A stretch of 64,000 nt of DNA from an uncultured delta proteobacterium. Lineage in GTDB: Bacteria > Desulfobacterota > Desulfuromonadia > Geobacterales > DSM-12255. A program made the translations under genes and the position numbers. A model generated the notes under the pieces. It did not search any database, was not told the origin of the DNA, and saw nothing but the letters and a program-made list of their open reading frames with translations. The DNA lies in assembly GCA_963787125.1 (NCBI GenBank), contig CAWBBV010000012.1, positions 279,337 to 343,336 of the forward strand, read 5' to 3'. How positions within the stretch are numbered: the stretch's first letter is position 1; each line of letters begins with the position of its first letter. Positions 38,749 to 48,912 of this stretch are shown here, piece by piece.

Positions 38749-39804
38749 ATGACCGCATACAATGACTTAAAGAACAAAATGCAAATTGCACCAAACAGGT
38801 GGTTGATTACGGGCGTAGCCGGCTTTATCGGCTCAAACCTGCTTGAAGAGCTGCTCCTCCTTGACCAGCACGTAGTGGGGCTTGATAATTTTTCAACCGG
38901 GAAATTGAAAAACCTTGCAGATGTTAAGTCACTCGTCGGTGCTTCACACTGGCAGAATTTCGACTTTATTGAAGGCGATATACGTGATCTCAACAAATGT
39001 CATGCCGCTTGCGAAGGGATAGACATTATTCTCCATCAGGCAGCTCTCGGCTCGGTGCCGCGTTCGATTGAGGACCCACTTGGCTGTAATGACAATAATG
39101 TTAACGGCACCCTAAATATGCTCAAGGCAGCCAGTGACAAGAAAGTCAAACGAATGGTTTATGCCAGCAGCAGCGCCGTTTATGGTGATCAACCCGATCT
39201 CCCGAAAGTTGAAGGTGTTACCGGTAACCCACTGTCTCCGTATGCAGTCAGTAAAAAAGTGAATGAACTATATGCCCGGGTTTTCTCTGAACTGTACGGA
39301 GTTGAAACTGTTGGGCTCCGTTACTTTAACGTCTTTGGTCCGAGGCAGGATCCGGAAGGTGCTTATGCTGCGGTAATACCCCGCTGGATAGCGGCGTTAT
39401 GTTCCGGTGATACCGTATATATCAATGGAACCGGCGAAACGAGTCGGGATTTCTGCTATATAAAGAATGTTGTGCAGGCAAATCTCCTGTCGGCCCTCAC
39501 TGAAAACAAACAGGCGTTAAACGAAGTTTATAATGTTGCCGTTGACACGCGTACCAGCCTGAATAGCCTCTATTTTATGCTTAAAGAGCGCCTTCTTCCC
39601 CACCACAAGCACCTCGCTGACTGCAAACCGGTTTTTAGAGATTTCAGGGCAGGAGACGTGCTTCACTCACAGGCGGACATCAGTAAGGCAAAGCGGCTTC
39701 TCGGCTATGCTGCAAGCCACTCCATAGAACAGGGACTTGATGTTGCGATGGAATGGTATTTAAAACATCTGTCAGGTGAAAACGAACGGGCTCTTAAATG
39801 CTAA
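38749..39804 (+). CDS. UDP-GlcNAc C4-epimerase (WbpP/TviC-like SDR)
   Basis: TGVAGFIGS, HQAALGSVPRS, YAVSK, RYFNVFG. Confidence 0.9.
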   Translation: MTAYNDLKNKMQIAPNRWLITGVAGFIGSNLLEELLLLDQHVVGLDNFSTGKLKNLADVKSLVGASHWQNFDFIEGDIRDLNKCHAACEGIDIILHQAALGSVPRSIEDPLGCNDNNVNGTLNMLKAASDKKVKRMVYASSSAVYGDQPDLPKVEGVTGNPLSPYAVSKKVNELYARVFSELYGVETVGLRYFNVFGPRQDPEGAYAAVIPRWIAALCSGDTVYINGTGETSRDFCYIKNVVQANLLSALTENKQALNEVYNVAVDTRTSLNSLYFMLKERLLPHHKHLADCKPVFRDFRAGDVLHSQADISKAKRLLGYAASHSIEQGLDVAMEWYLKHLSGENERALKC

Positions 39805-41858
39805 TTGCATTATCCATAACAGCTATCCTTGTTGCGACCATCTTTCCACTCTATTTCGGATTACGGAAAGAGACCGCTTCCCTGCCGTTGCCGCTCATCA
39901 TTGCACTCTTGCTGGCTGCGCTTCTGGAAGTATTTGAGGTTTATACTCTGACCAATCCGGAGCAAATATACCTCTGGAAAAAGTTTTCACTGACTACTGA
40001 AGCAATGCTATTTCCCGTCTGGTTGTGGTTCACCATAACCTTCACAAGACAAACGGAAACGCTTAGGCTCTCTATTCACCTCAAACTCTTGCTGGCAACT
40101 TCACCTCTTCTGGTAATATTTGCGCTGCTGTTACCAATTAACTCCTTTGTTTACTCGCCGGATTTTGCCACGGAAAAGATCCTTTTTCTCGGCAATAACG
40201 GTTTCATATTTTACCTGCTGTCTCTTGTCTACCTGCTTGCCGCCCTGATACAGCTTGAACAGGTACTGGCGCACACTGACCGAACTTCACGGTGGAAGAT
40301 CAAGTTTGAGCTACTGGGAGCAGGTACATTTCTCGCCTTTTTAACTATTTACTATAGTCAGGCCCTGCTCTTTCGAACAATCAACATGCAGTTGGCACCC
40401 CTACGCTCTATAGTCATGATAGTCGCCGTTGCAATGATGTTCTATTCGCGATTAAGGCGGGGCAGCAACGTCACTATTCACGTTTCACAGCAGATTGCCT
40501 GTAAGTCTGTGGTTCTTTTGGCTGTTGGGCTTTACATAATTTATCTCGGTGTTGTCGGCGAAGGGATGAAATATTTCGGGAGCGGTTTTCAACATGCAAT
40601 GATTATTGCGCTGCTATTTTTCAGCGGGCTCGGTCTCTTCATTATGCTCCTTTCCGAGACTGTCAAACGCAGGGTAATGGTATTTATTCATAAGAATTTC
40701 TACCAAAACAAGTACGATTATCGTAACCAGTGGATTCAATTCACTGATCGACTGTCATCATCACAATCAAATGAAAATCTGCTCTTTTTGATTGTTTCCG
40801 AATTCTGTGAAACCTTTGGGATGGGTAACGGCGCACTTTTCATACTTAATCAGGAAAGAGATATCTATCAACAGGCCTCTGAGATTGGAATTGATAGCAA
40901 TAATGTCGTATTTGCCGTTAATACACCCGCAATCCAGTCACTGGCTGGCAGCAGATGGATTGTTGACTTACGCGATAATATCTCTATAGACGTCGAGTCA
41001 CACCACCAAACTTTTTTCAATGAAATATCTGCCTGTTTCATTGTACCGCTGTTCATAAACGAAGCGGTTAATGGCTTTATCATTCTCGGAAGTCCGCGCA
41101 ACAATGAAGAGATCTACGGCTATGAAGACTTTGACTTGATGAGAACGCTGGCAAGACAGGCTTCATCGTCGCTTTTGAATATGCACCTGGCAAATCAATT
41201 ATCCTGTTCACGGGAATTGGCTGCTATAGGCAAGGTTTCAGCATTTGTTATGCATGATCTTAAAAATCTGATTTGCACAGTCTCACTGGTGCTCGAAAAT
41301 GCTCGGGAGTATATTGGCGTCCCTGCTTTTCAAAGTGATTTGCTCGTTTCTCTGGAGAATATCGTTACTAAAATGAATGCGCTGACTCTGCGTTTAAAGC
41401 AATTACCCGAAAGGAATTCATTGCAGTTAACTCATTTTGACTTGCTGGAGATGGCACATGAAACTGCAGCGATGGTAAATGGCACACGCCTGAAGGTATC
41501 TGGTAAGCACGTAATGGCGGAGGGAGACAGAGAAGAGCTCCTGAAAGTCGCGTTGAATCTTGTATTGAATGCAGTTGAAGCAACTGACGGAACTACTCAG
41601 GTGAGAGTAGAGGTAGGTGAAAATGGCAGCCCTTTCATGCGTGTAAAGGATGAAGGCTGCGGCATCCCTCAGGCATTCATGCAGAATGTGCTGTTTAAAC
41701 CTTTTAGCAGTACCAAGAAAGAAGGAATGGGAATAGGTCTATATCAAAGTCGGCAGATTATAGAGGCTCACGGCGGCAGGATTGATGTTATTAGCGCCAT
41801 TAATAAAGGCTCGGAATTTACAGTCTGGCTGCCAAAAATACAGACTGAATCAGTATAG
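39798..41858 (+). CDS. prsK: PEP-CTERM-system histidine kinase
   Basis: Multi-TM N-terminus, KYDYRNQW, GAF, FVMHDLKN, GMGIGL. Confidence 0.92.
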   Translation: MLIALSITAILVATIFPLYFGLRKETASLPLPLIIALLLAALLEVFEVYTLTNPEQIYLWKKFSLTTEAMLFPVWLWFTITFTRQTETLRLSIHLKLLLATSPLLVIFALLLPINSFVYSPDFATEKILFLGNNGFIFYLLSLVYLLAALIQLEQVLAHTDRTSRWKIKFELLGAGTFLAFLTIYYSQALLFRTINMQLAPLRSIVMIVAVAMMFYSRLRRGSNVTIHVSQQIACKSVVLLAVGLYIIYLGVVGEGMKYFGSGFQHAMIIALLFFSGLGLFIMLLSETVKRRVMVFIHKNFYQNKYDYRNQWIQFTDRLSSSQSNENLLFLIVSEFCETFGMGNGALFILNQERDIYQQASEIGIDSNNVVFAVNTPAIQSLAGSRWIVDLRDNISIDVESHHQTFFNEISACFIVPLFINEAVNGFIILGSPRNNEEIYGYEDFDLMRTLARQASSSLLNMHLANQLSCSRELAAIGKVSAFVMHDLKNLICTVSLVLENAREYIGVPAFQSDLLVSLENIVTKMNALTLRLKQLPERNSLQLTHFDLLEMAHETAAMVNGTRLKVSGKHVMAEGDREELLKVALNLVLNAVEATDGTTQVRVEVGENGSPFMRVKDEGCGIPQAFMQNVLFKPFSSTKKEGMGIGLYQSRQIIEAHGGRIDVISAINKGSEFTVWLPKIQTESV

Positions 41859-41882
41859 CAGCTTGGGGATTTTAAGGTTCTT

Positions 41883-43262
41883 ATGGAAAAACTGGTCATA
41901 GTTGACGACAACCTGGAAATACGCAACCAGTTACGCTGGGGACTGGCAAAGGATTATGAAGTTTTCGTTGCCGGTGACCGGTTGGAAGCGCTCTCACTGA
42001 TAAAAAAACACGCGCCCAAGGTGATTACGCTCGACCTCGGGCTATCGCCTGATGAAAGAGGCTGTGAAGAGGGATTCCGTTGCCTTGAGGAGATACTGCG
42101 CAGAGCTCCGTTAGCTAAAGTAATCATGATCACCGGTAACGGTGAACGGGAAAATGCTTTAAGAGCTGTGCAATACGGCGCGTACGATTATTACAGTAAG
42201 CCGATTGATTTAAACGAGCTTAGAGTCATCTTGAAAAGAGCATTTCACCTGACAGCCATTGAAAAAGAAAACTCGCGGCTTTTGGACAGTATTGACCAGC
42301 ACGGTTTAAGCCCGGGCGGGATTATCGGCACATCGCCGAGCATGCTGGAAGTTTTTTCTTTAATACGCAAAGTTGCCGCCTCAGAAGTGGCTGTCCTGAT
42401 TACCGGGGAAAGTGGCACTGGAAAAGAGTTGGTTGCCAGAGCAATTCACGAGCTGAGTCCAAGAAAGCCTAAAGAGTTAATTGCCATAAATTGTGGCGCG
42501 ATACCTGAAAACCTGCTGGAATCTGAACTGTTCGGTTACGAAAAAGGTGCTTTCACCGGAGCCCAGACGCGAGTACTGGGAAAAGTCGAGTATGCCAATA
42601 AAGGGACTCTCTTTCTTGACGAAATCGGCGAACTGCCGCTCAATCTGCAAGTCAAAATGCTTCGGTTCCTCCAGGAGAAAAAAATTCAGCGCGTTGGCGG
42701 CAGAGATGACATCCCTGTTGATGCCCGCATTATTGCTGCCACTAACAGGGACATCATCAAGGAGACTTTGGCAGGATCTTTCCGCGAAGACCTGTACTAC
42801 CGTATCTCTGTAATTCACATCAAACTGCCACCACTTCGAAATCGCGGCGAAGACATCATGCTTCTGGCCAATTTTTTCCTGCGCCGTTGCGGCAAAGAGT
42901 TTGGCAAAAAAACCCGCAAGTTCAGTCCTGATTCAACAAGGCTGCTGGAATCTTATGATTGGCCAGGCAATGTTCGGGAACTTGAAAACAAGGTGCAGCG
43001 GGCGGTCATAATGTCAGATAACATTATTATTGAGCCGGAAGATCTCGATTTCTCACTAAAAACAGTAAAAGAAGGGATTCATTCCTTTGCAAATCTGACC
43101 TTGAAAGATGCTCGCGAAATGGTAGAGCGCGAAATGATTCTTACCGCTATAGAAAAGCAGAGAAACAATATGGTAAAAGCTGCCGAAGAGCTTGGGATAA
43201 GCAGACCGACTCTTTATGATCTGGTTAAGAAGCATAATATCGCGAAAATCGAGATGCAATGA
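41883..43262 (+). CDS. prsR: PEP-CTERM-system sigma-54 response regulator
   Basis: [36 protein letters not shown]; follows prsK. Confidence 0.92.
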   Translation: MEKLVIVDDNLEIRNQLRWGLAKDYEVFVAGDRLEALSLIKKHAPKVITLDLGLSPDERGCEEGFRCLEEILRRAPLAKVIMITGNGERENALRAVQYGAYDYYSKPIDLNELRVILKRAFHLTAIEKENSRLLDSIDQHGLSPGGIIGTSPSMLEVFSLIRKVAASEVAVLITGESGTGKELVARAIHELSPRKPKELIAINCGAIPENLLESELFGYEKGAFTGAQTRVLGKVEYANKGTLFLDEIGELPLNLQVKMLRFLQEKKIQRVGGRDDIPVDARIIAATNRDIIKETLAGSFREDLYYRISVIHIKLPPLRNRGEDIMLLANFFLRRCGKEFGKKTRKFSPDSTRLLESYDWPGNVRELENKVQRAVIMSDNIIIEPEDLDFSLKTVKEGIHSFANLTLKDAREMVEREMILTAIEKQRNNMVKAAEELGISRPTLYDLVKKHNIAKIEMQ

Positions 43263-43263
43263 C

Positions 43264-43427
43264 AGGAGTCTGTCGGGCTTAGGAAATCAAAGCGAAAATT
43301 CGGCTGAACGAGGACAGATTTAGTCGATTTTGAAGGTCAATAGTTGTTCTATTGACCAAGATAGCGGATAAGTATGGACCGTTCAGACGGATTTGCAGCA
43401 GATTTATTCTAAGTCCGACAGACTCCT
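43264..43427. mobile_element. ~164 bp MITE-like element, copy 1
   Basis: Terminal IR AGGAGTCTGTCGG(g/a)CTTAG / CTAAGTCCGACAGACTCCT; internal hairpin GGTCAATAG-TTGTT-CTATTGACC; inverted copy at 56219. Confidence 0.8.
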
Positions 43428-43449
43428 AAACTGTTTTACCAAATCAAAC

Positions 43450-43484
43450 AAAAAAGCTGCCCTCTCTTGTGAAAGGGCAGCTTT
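43450..43484. terminator. Intrinsic terminator between convergent genes
   Basis: AAAGCTGCCCT / AGGGCAGCTTT stem with A-run on the left. Confidence 0.75.
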
Positions 43485-43509
43485 GGTTATGCATTAATTC
43501 AAGCAATGA

Positions 43510-45318
43510 CTAGTTTTTAACTGTGAACTTTATCGTTACCGACTGCTTGACGTTTCCTGCTTTATCATAAGCTTTGGCATACATGCTGTAAGAGGCGTTA
43601 TCGGCAACAGTCGTCGGGACATTGTAACTGAAAGGTGCTGTTGTCACAGTTCTGTGCAGGCTGCCATTCACATAATACTCCACCTTAACTACTCCCACGT
43701 TATCACTGACGGTCGCTGCCACCAGAACGTTCCCTTTTACTGTAGAATTCGCAACCGGAGAGCTGATGCTGACAGTTGGAGGAGTTGTATCAGCCACACT
43801 ATTTTTCACTGTAAGACTGGTTGCTGAAGACAGCTTCACGTTCCCTGCAGCGTCATAGGCCTTGGCAGTAATTGAGTATGCACCGTTAGCAACTGCTGCT
43901 GTATTCCAGCTGTATGAGTAAGGCGCGGTTGTGTCGGTTGCCTTAAGTGCACCATTGACATAGAACTCGACTTTACTTACGCCAACGTTATCAGAGGCTG
44001 TGGCTGCGATATTGACTGTGCCGCTGACTGTTGAATTGACAACGGGAGAGCTGATACTTACAGTCGGAGCGGTTGTATCGGCAACTGAATTATAGACAGT
44101 AAAACTTGTCGTAGAAGACTGACCTGCGTTACCGGCTGCATCATAGGCTTTGGCGTACAAGCTATAGGTGGCATTATCAGCTATCGTTGTCGGAACGTTA
44201 TAACTGAAAGGTGCTGCTGTAACTGTTCTGTGCAAGCTGCCGTTAACATAATATTCCACCTTAACCACGCCGACATTATCACTGACAGCAGCAGCTACCA
44301 GAACTGTTCCGCTTACTGTTGAATTAGCAACTGGTGCACTGACACTGACTGAAGGAGCAGTTGTATCGGCTACGGTGTTATTGACTGTTACAGATACGGC
44401 TGAGGACTGGCCAACATTGCCTGCAGCGTCATAAGCTTTCGAAATGAGTGTGTGTGAACCGTTTGCCAGCGAAGTAGTATTCCAGCTGTAGTCATAGGGC
44501 GCTGCGTTTATAATAGCGACAATAACACTGTTCTCATATAATTCGACCTTGCTGACAGCCATATTGTCAGTAGCAGTGGCTGATACTGTGACTGTGCCGC
44601 TGACTATCGCACCGTTTAATGGAGAAGTTAAGGCAACTACTGGTGCGGTGGTGTCAGCTACCGTAGTATTGTTCACAGAAACGGCAACGACTGAAGACTG
44701 ACCCACGTTGCCGGAGGGATCATATGCTTTAGCAATGAGGTTGTAAGAGCCATTAGCCAATGAAGTCGTATTCCAGGCAAGCACATACGGAGTGGTTGTG
44801 TCGGATGATTGGAGGAGATCATTGACATAGAGCTCCACCTTACTTACGTTCACATTATCTGATGCCGAAACATTTACCGAAACCGCACCGCTGACAGTTC
44901 CACTGCTGGCTGGAGAAGTGATTGATACCGTCGGTGCGATTGCCTCAGCTACCGAAATGATATTCGAGTAGTCACTTTCCAGACCGGTATTATCATAAGC
45001 CGTTATTGCAAAGGCATACGTCTTGTTGGGATCAAGACCGGTAAGTGTCGACGTTGTCAGACTATGGACATCGACAGGTGAAGAGCCTTCTATCGCACCG
45101 GTACCGATAAATGGCAATGTTGAAGAGTCAGAACTATAGTAGATTTTGTATCCTGCCACATTTGCACCACTACTTGGATCCCAGCTAAGCCCGATGTTTC
45201 CTGCAAAACATATTGTCTGTAAGCAAACGCAACATGTAAATACAACTATTGCGTTCAGATATTTTACCTGACTTGCTACAGATACGAATTTTCCGCCCTT
45301 CTCATTACTCGTTTTCAT
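43510..45318 (-). CDS. Secreted FN3 + five Ig-like (Big_7-type) repeat protein
   Basis: Signal peptide, LSWD...GYKIYY...LTGL...TYAFAITAYD FN3, then five (DT)xAPxVxxxSP...AKAYDxxGN repeats; start ATG 45318 after AGGAG. Confidence 0.85.
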   Translation of the reverse strand: MKTSNEKGGKFVSVASQVKYLNAIVVFTCCVCLQTICFAGNIGLSWDPSSGANVAGYKIYYSSDSSTLPFIGTGAIEGSSPVDVHSLTTSTLTGLDPNKTYAFAITAYDNTGLESDYSNIISVAEAIAPTVSITSPASSGTVSGAVSVNVSASDNVNVSKVELYVNDLLQSSDTTTPYVLAWNTTSLANGSYNLIAKAYDPSGNVGQSSVVAVSVNNTTVADTTAPVVALTSPLNGAIVSGTVTVSATATDNMAVSKVELYENSVIVAIINAAPYDYSWNTTSLANGSHTLISKAYDAAGNVGQSSAVSVTVNNTVADTTAPSVSVSAPVANSTVSGTVLVAAAVSDNVGVVKVEYYVNGSLHRTVTAAPFSYNVPTTIADNATYSLYAKAYDAAGNAGQSSTTSFTVYNSVADTTAPTVSISSPVVNSTVSGTVNIAATASDNVGVSKVEFYVNGALKATDTTAPYSYSWNTAAVANGAYSITAKAYDAAGNVKLSSATSLTVKNSVADTTPPTVSISSPVANSTVKGNVLVAATVSDNVGVVKVEYYVNGSLHRTVTTAPFSYNVPTTVADNASYSMYAKAYDKAGNVKQSVTIKFTVKN

Positions 45319-45386
45319 TTTGTCTCTCCTTTTTTGCAATAAGACTTTCTTGTTACGTCAACTAGTTGACATTTTCTTATCAAGGC

Positions 45387-45437
45387 AAAAAAATAGCCGG
45401 GAACCGATTGGTTAAAAGCATTTCGGCGACCCGGCTG
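45387..45437 (-). terminator. Riboswitch expression-platform terminator
   Basis: Minus strand AGCCGGG (aptamer 3' part) pairs with CCCGGCT, followed by A and a T run. Confidence 0.7.
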
Positions 45438-45501
45438 TCTCAGAGAGACCCTGTAGGCTTTCCGTCCCATCTTCGCAAATGGTTTAGTATTATCGTGTGC
45501 T
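45417..45501 (-). ncRNA. GEMM-I (c-di-GMP-I class) riboswitch, A20 variant predicted to bind 3',3'-cGAMP
   Basis: Minus strand AGCACACGATAATACTAAACCATTTGCGAAGATGGGACGGAAAGCCTACAGGGTCTCTCTGAGACAGCCGGGTCGCCGAAATGCT. Confidence 0.92.
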
Positions 45502-45553
45502 GCTATTCAGTTGATTTATGATTCTATTTATCGCAGAAAACAAAATTACGGGA

Positions 45554-45569
45554 TGTGACGAACATCACA
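45554..45569. promoter_or_regulatory. CRP-type box
   Basis: TGTGA-CGAACA-TCACA, perfect core, upstream of riboswitch 1. Confidence 0.7.
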
Positions 45570-45948
45570 CAAATTGATGTAAAAACTGTGAGGCGGGCAT
45601 TTGAAGCGTTATGAGACTTAAAGATAGGGCGATACAAACCAGTTCAAGAGATCTGCGGCTTTAAAAATCAGCTGAAATTACCTGCTCCCGTCAGTGACAG
45701 CCGGCTTTAATCGAGCATTGAGACAGTATTTATCAGGCAACCAATACAAATACATAGTCGCCACCTGATCTCAACGCTCCGAAATTAACAACAGAAATAT
45801 TTATAACATGATGAATATAAACTTATTTTACACGTTTACACCCAACGGCAACGCTGACCAGAAGTAAATCATTAACAGAACTCACCTGTAATCCTCAATT
45901 AACTTAACTGTAACGGCCTGATATCATTGAACCTTCCGCAAAACATTC

Positions 45949-45964
45949 TGGCATGGTTCGTGAT
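45949..45964 (+). promoter_or_regulatory. Possible sigma-54 promoter of the FkbH-like operon
   Basis: TGGCATGGTTCGTGAT ~25 bp before ATG 45990. Confidence 0.45.
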
Positions 45965-45989
45965 AAAGGTAATATCCAAAGGAAGAACT

Positions 45990-47840
45990 ATGTACGAATT
46001 TGATGTTGGCCACGAAAGAATCCTGAGCAATTCTGTCCCCCAGGCGGTCATTGACGACTTTTCCACGTCGCGTCCTCTGATCGATTCTCTGACTGTAATA
46101 CCATGGGAAGAGCATTGTACTGAATGCGCTATGCCCCAGTGTTACGCTACCTGCGACCTGTATGAACCAAGAAAAGATGGAAAGTGTCGGCGGTTCGTGG
46201 GGGGGATATCACCAATACATGGAATCCCGAACTCACTTGGATATGTAGCGAGAATACAGTTTAAGCCCTGGGGACAGCTAATTGCTCATTCGAATCTCCA
46301 CTTAGTCCAGGCTGCTAAAGCAGAAAGGATCTACCGAATCAGTTTGAAACTGGATAATGTCATTTCTCATGTGCCTGATTATCACATAAATATTCTCGGA
46401 CGGCGTGGGATATCAAGTCGCTTAATGAGAAGAGTTAAAAAATATATAACTACAAATGGTATTTTTGCTGACACGCCGAAGCGGACACCAGATTGCCTGT
46501 TGCTTGAGATATACAATCCAAATGACTCGATAGTGAGGCTGACTTTGGTGGGACGCGATAGCAGTGGACCACTTAAAGGTTATCCATTTCAAAAACTGAT
46601 CGAACTAAAACCTGGGTTTACCAGAGAGATTATCCCCTTTCTTGATATTGAACCCCATATTTCGTCTGACAATGTATTTCATATTTCAATCTGCCCAAAC
46701 ATCAACGATCTTTCAGCAGAGGGTCCTACTCTATATTTTGGCATGTTAACATTTGTAAAATGGAATATTGAGCTATCAAAAGAACAGATACTACCTGAGA
46801 AGAAACTTAAACATGTGAAAGTACTTATTTGGGATCTGGATAATACGCTATGGAACGGAATCCTGATTGAAGATGGCGCTAGTAAACTTAAGTTGAGGGA
46901 CGGTGTTGTTGATATTTTAAAAGAATTGGATCGTCGCGGTATAGTCAACAGCATAGCAAGTAAAAACAACCATGATGATGCAAAAACAGTTTTGCAAGAG
47001 TTGCAATTGCTGGATTACTTCGTATTCCCCAAGTTTAATTGGGCTCCAAAGAGTGAATCTATCAAGGAAATAATTGAGAATATAAATGTTGGTGAAGATA
47101 CCATAGCGTTCATAGATGATTCGCCCTTCGAGAGAAGCGAAGTGTCAAAGTCATTTTCAAAGGTGAGGGTATTTGATGCCATAGAGTTGGATAACTTACT
47201 GTCAATGCCTGATTTTTCTCCAGAAATTTCAGATGAATCCCATCTGCGCAGATCTTTTTATAAAATTGACGAAAAGCGCCAGCAAATAAAATCATCCTAC
47301 AGCGGTGATTACTCAAAATTTCTTTGTGAATGTCGAATAAAGTTGACCATCTCACCTGTTAGCGAAAACAATTTAGATCGTGTAACTGAGTTGATACAGA
47401 GAACAAACCAGCTGAATTTCTCTGGTAACAGGTATACGCAAGAGCAAATTATCACGTTACTTGCGAATGAAGGCTTTGAAGCTTTTTGCATACATTGTGA
47501 AGATCGCTTTGGTGATTACGGCATGATAGGTTTTTGCATGTTTAATCAGGAACTCTCAAGAATAGTCGACTTAATGTTCAGCTGCAGAGTTCAGAGTAAA
47601 CAGGTCGAACACGCATTTTTCCGCTCTTTTCTTGCAATACAAAAAAGTAAGGGAGCAGATAAAGTTGAGGTTGTGTATCGTTCTACTGCCAAAAACGCCC
47701 AATTGACACAAGTTTTCAGAGATATTGGGTTTCACGGCGAAATCCCAGGCAGTGACCCGTCGGAACAACTATTTTCAATTGCGTTAAACAACGATATTTC
47801 CCCTGAAAGCATCATTGAAGTGAATTGGTGCGGTATTTGA
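45990..47840 (+). CDS. FkbH-like HAD-IIIC phosphatase/glyceryl transferase with Cys-rich N-terminal extension
   Basis: WDLDNTLW, ASKN, FIDDSPFER, RTNQLN, DRFGDYG, SCRV; start ATG 45990 after AAGGA. Confidence 0.85.
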   Translation: MYEFDVGHERILSNSVPQAVIDDFSTSRPLIDSLTVIPWEEHCTECAMPQCYATCDLYEPRKDGKCRRFVGGISPIHGIPNSLGYVARIQFKPWGQLIAHSNLHLVQAAKAERIYRISLKLDNVISHVPDYHINILGRRGISSRLMRRVKKYITTNGIFADTPKRTPDCLLLEIYNPNDSIVRLTLVGRDSSGPLKGYPFQKLIELKPGFTREIIPFLDIEPHISSDNVFHISICPNINDLSAEGPTLYFGMLTFVKWNIELSKEQILPEKKLKHVKVLIWDLDNTLWNGILIEDGASKLKLRDGVVDILKELDRRGIVNSIASKNNHDDAKTVLQELQLLDYFVFPKFNWAPKSESIKEIIENINVGEDTIAFIDDSPFERSEVSKSFSKVRVFDAIELDNLLSMPDFSPEISDESHLRRSFYKIDEKRQQIKSSYSGDYSKFLCECRIKLTISPVSENNLDRVTELIQRTNQLNFSGNRYTQEQIITLLANEGFEAFCIHCEDRFGDYGMIGFCMFNQELSRIVDLMFSCRVQSKQVEHAFFRSFLAIQKSKGADKVEVVYRSTAKNAQLTQVFRDIGFHGEIPGSDPSEQLFSIALNNDISPESIIEVNWCGI

Positions 47841-47841
47841 T

Positions 47842-48588
47842 ATGATTAAACAGAGCCTGTTAGCCAACGCCAAATCCGGTTTTCTCGAGCTATTCAATTC
47901 GCGGCGACAACGAATCTGCTTCGACCCTCCCATAGTTTCTCTTACCTTTGACGATGTTCCAATCTCAGCATACGAAAACGGACGCAAGATTCTGGAGGAC
48001 GCGGAGGTGCGCGGGACTTTCTATGTGAGTCTGGGTATTAAGGGAGCTTCCAATGACTACATTCGTGAGGATGAAACAAGGCTTTTATATTCGAGAGGGC
48101 ACACTATCGGCTGCCATACGTCCAGCCACTATAGTCTGAAAGCCGGATCAGCGGCTGGTATGATGATAGATTCGAAAAAAAACAGGACAGAACTTGAATC
48201 AATTCTAGGCTGCAAAATTGATCATTTCTCCTACCCTTTTGGAGAAGTATCTTTAGGGGCTAAACGTGTTTTAAGCCCGTCTTATATGACTCTAAGAGGT
48301 ATACGTCGGGGAATCAATTGGGGTACGGTTGACTTGAACCTTTTGCGAGCGATTCCAATCTATGCAGAGACATTTTCGGAAAAAAGCTTACGGGACATAT
48401 TGAAAGCAGCCGTAAAACTGAAGGGGTGGATTGTTTTTTACACGCACGGCGTAACAGATGCCCCCGAACGCTTTGATGCAACACCTTATCAATTACGATC
48501 TGTTCTGGAAATAGCTCAACAAGAAGGTTTCAGGATACAAACCATGGACGAAGTGGCGGCGCTACTGCACAAAAAGAGCGAACAATAA
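47842..48588 (+). CDS. Polysaccharide deacetylase (CE4)
   Basis: SLTFDD, GCHTSSH, FSYPFG, FYTHGV. Confidence 0.85.
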   Translation: MIKQSLLANAKSGFLELFNSRRQRICFDPPIVSLTFDDVPISAYENGRKILEDAEVRGTFYVSLGIKGASNDYIREDETRLLYSRGHTIGCHTSSHYSLKAGSAAGMMIDSKKNRTELESILGCKIDHFSYPFGEVSLGAKRVLSPSYMTLRGIRRGINWGTVDLNLLRAIPIYAETFSEKSLRDILKAAVKLKGWIVFYTHGVTDAPERFDATPYQLRSVLEIAQQEGFRIQTMDEVAALLHKKSEQ

Positions 48589-48765
48589 CTAATAACAATC
48601 CGGGCTTCACGCGACTAACTATCCGGACGAGCAGGTTTTAGATTTGAATCAATTATATCCGTCTTTTAAGGACATGACTTATATGTACAATTCACTAAAC
48701 CGGAAACGAACAACTAGTCGATCTACTGCATTTATTAATGTTGACACTGTAAAATTGTTGCATCT

Positions 48766-48781
48766 TGTGATGAGAATCACA
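48766..48781. promoter_or_regulatory. CRP-type box
   Basis: TGTGA-TGAGAA-TCACA, perfect core, upstream of riboswitch 2. Confidence 0.7.
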
Positions 48782-48827
48782 CCAATTACGACGACTTTCT
48801 GCAATACTGGCTTAACATTAAAGCAGA

Positions 48828-48912
48828 GGCACACGAAAATACTAAACCATTCGCAAGAATGGGACGGAAAGCCTACAGGGTCTCTCTGAGACAGCCGGGT
48901 CGCCGAAATGCC
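48828..48912 (+). ncRNA. GEMM-I riboswitch, A20 variant predicted to bind 3',3'-cGAMP
   Basis: GGCACACGAAAATACTAAACCATTCGCAAGAATGGGACGGAAAGCCTACAGGGTCTCTCTGAGACAGCCGGGTCGCCGAAATGCC; GNRA P2 loop, P1 GGCA/TGCC. Confidence 0.92.

Noticed and set aside
43264..43427. Palindromic element as an integron attC site
   Set aside because: No GTTRRRY/RYYYAAC cores, no integrase or cassette array; IS-like terminal IRs fit a MITE better.
35807..45877. Enhancer 17-mers for the xrtA and fkbH promoters (ending 35823 and 45877)
   Set aside because: Only the 3' half resembles the motif, and the spacing (68 and 73 bp) departs from 62-63 bp.
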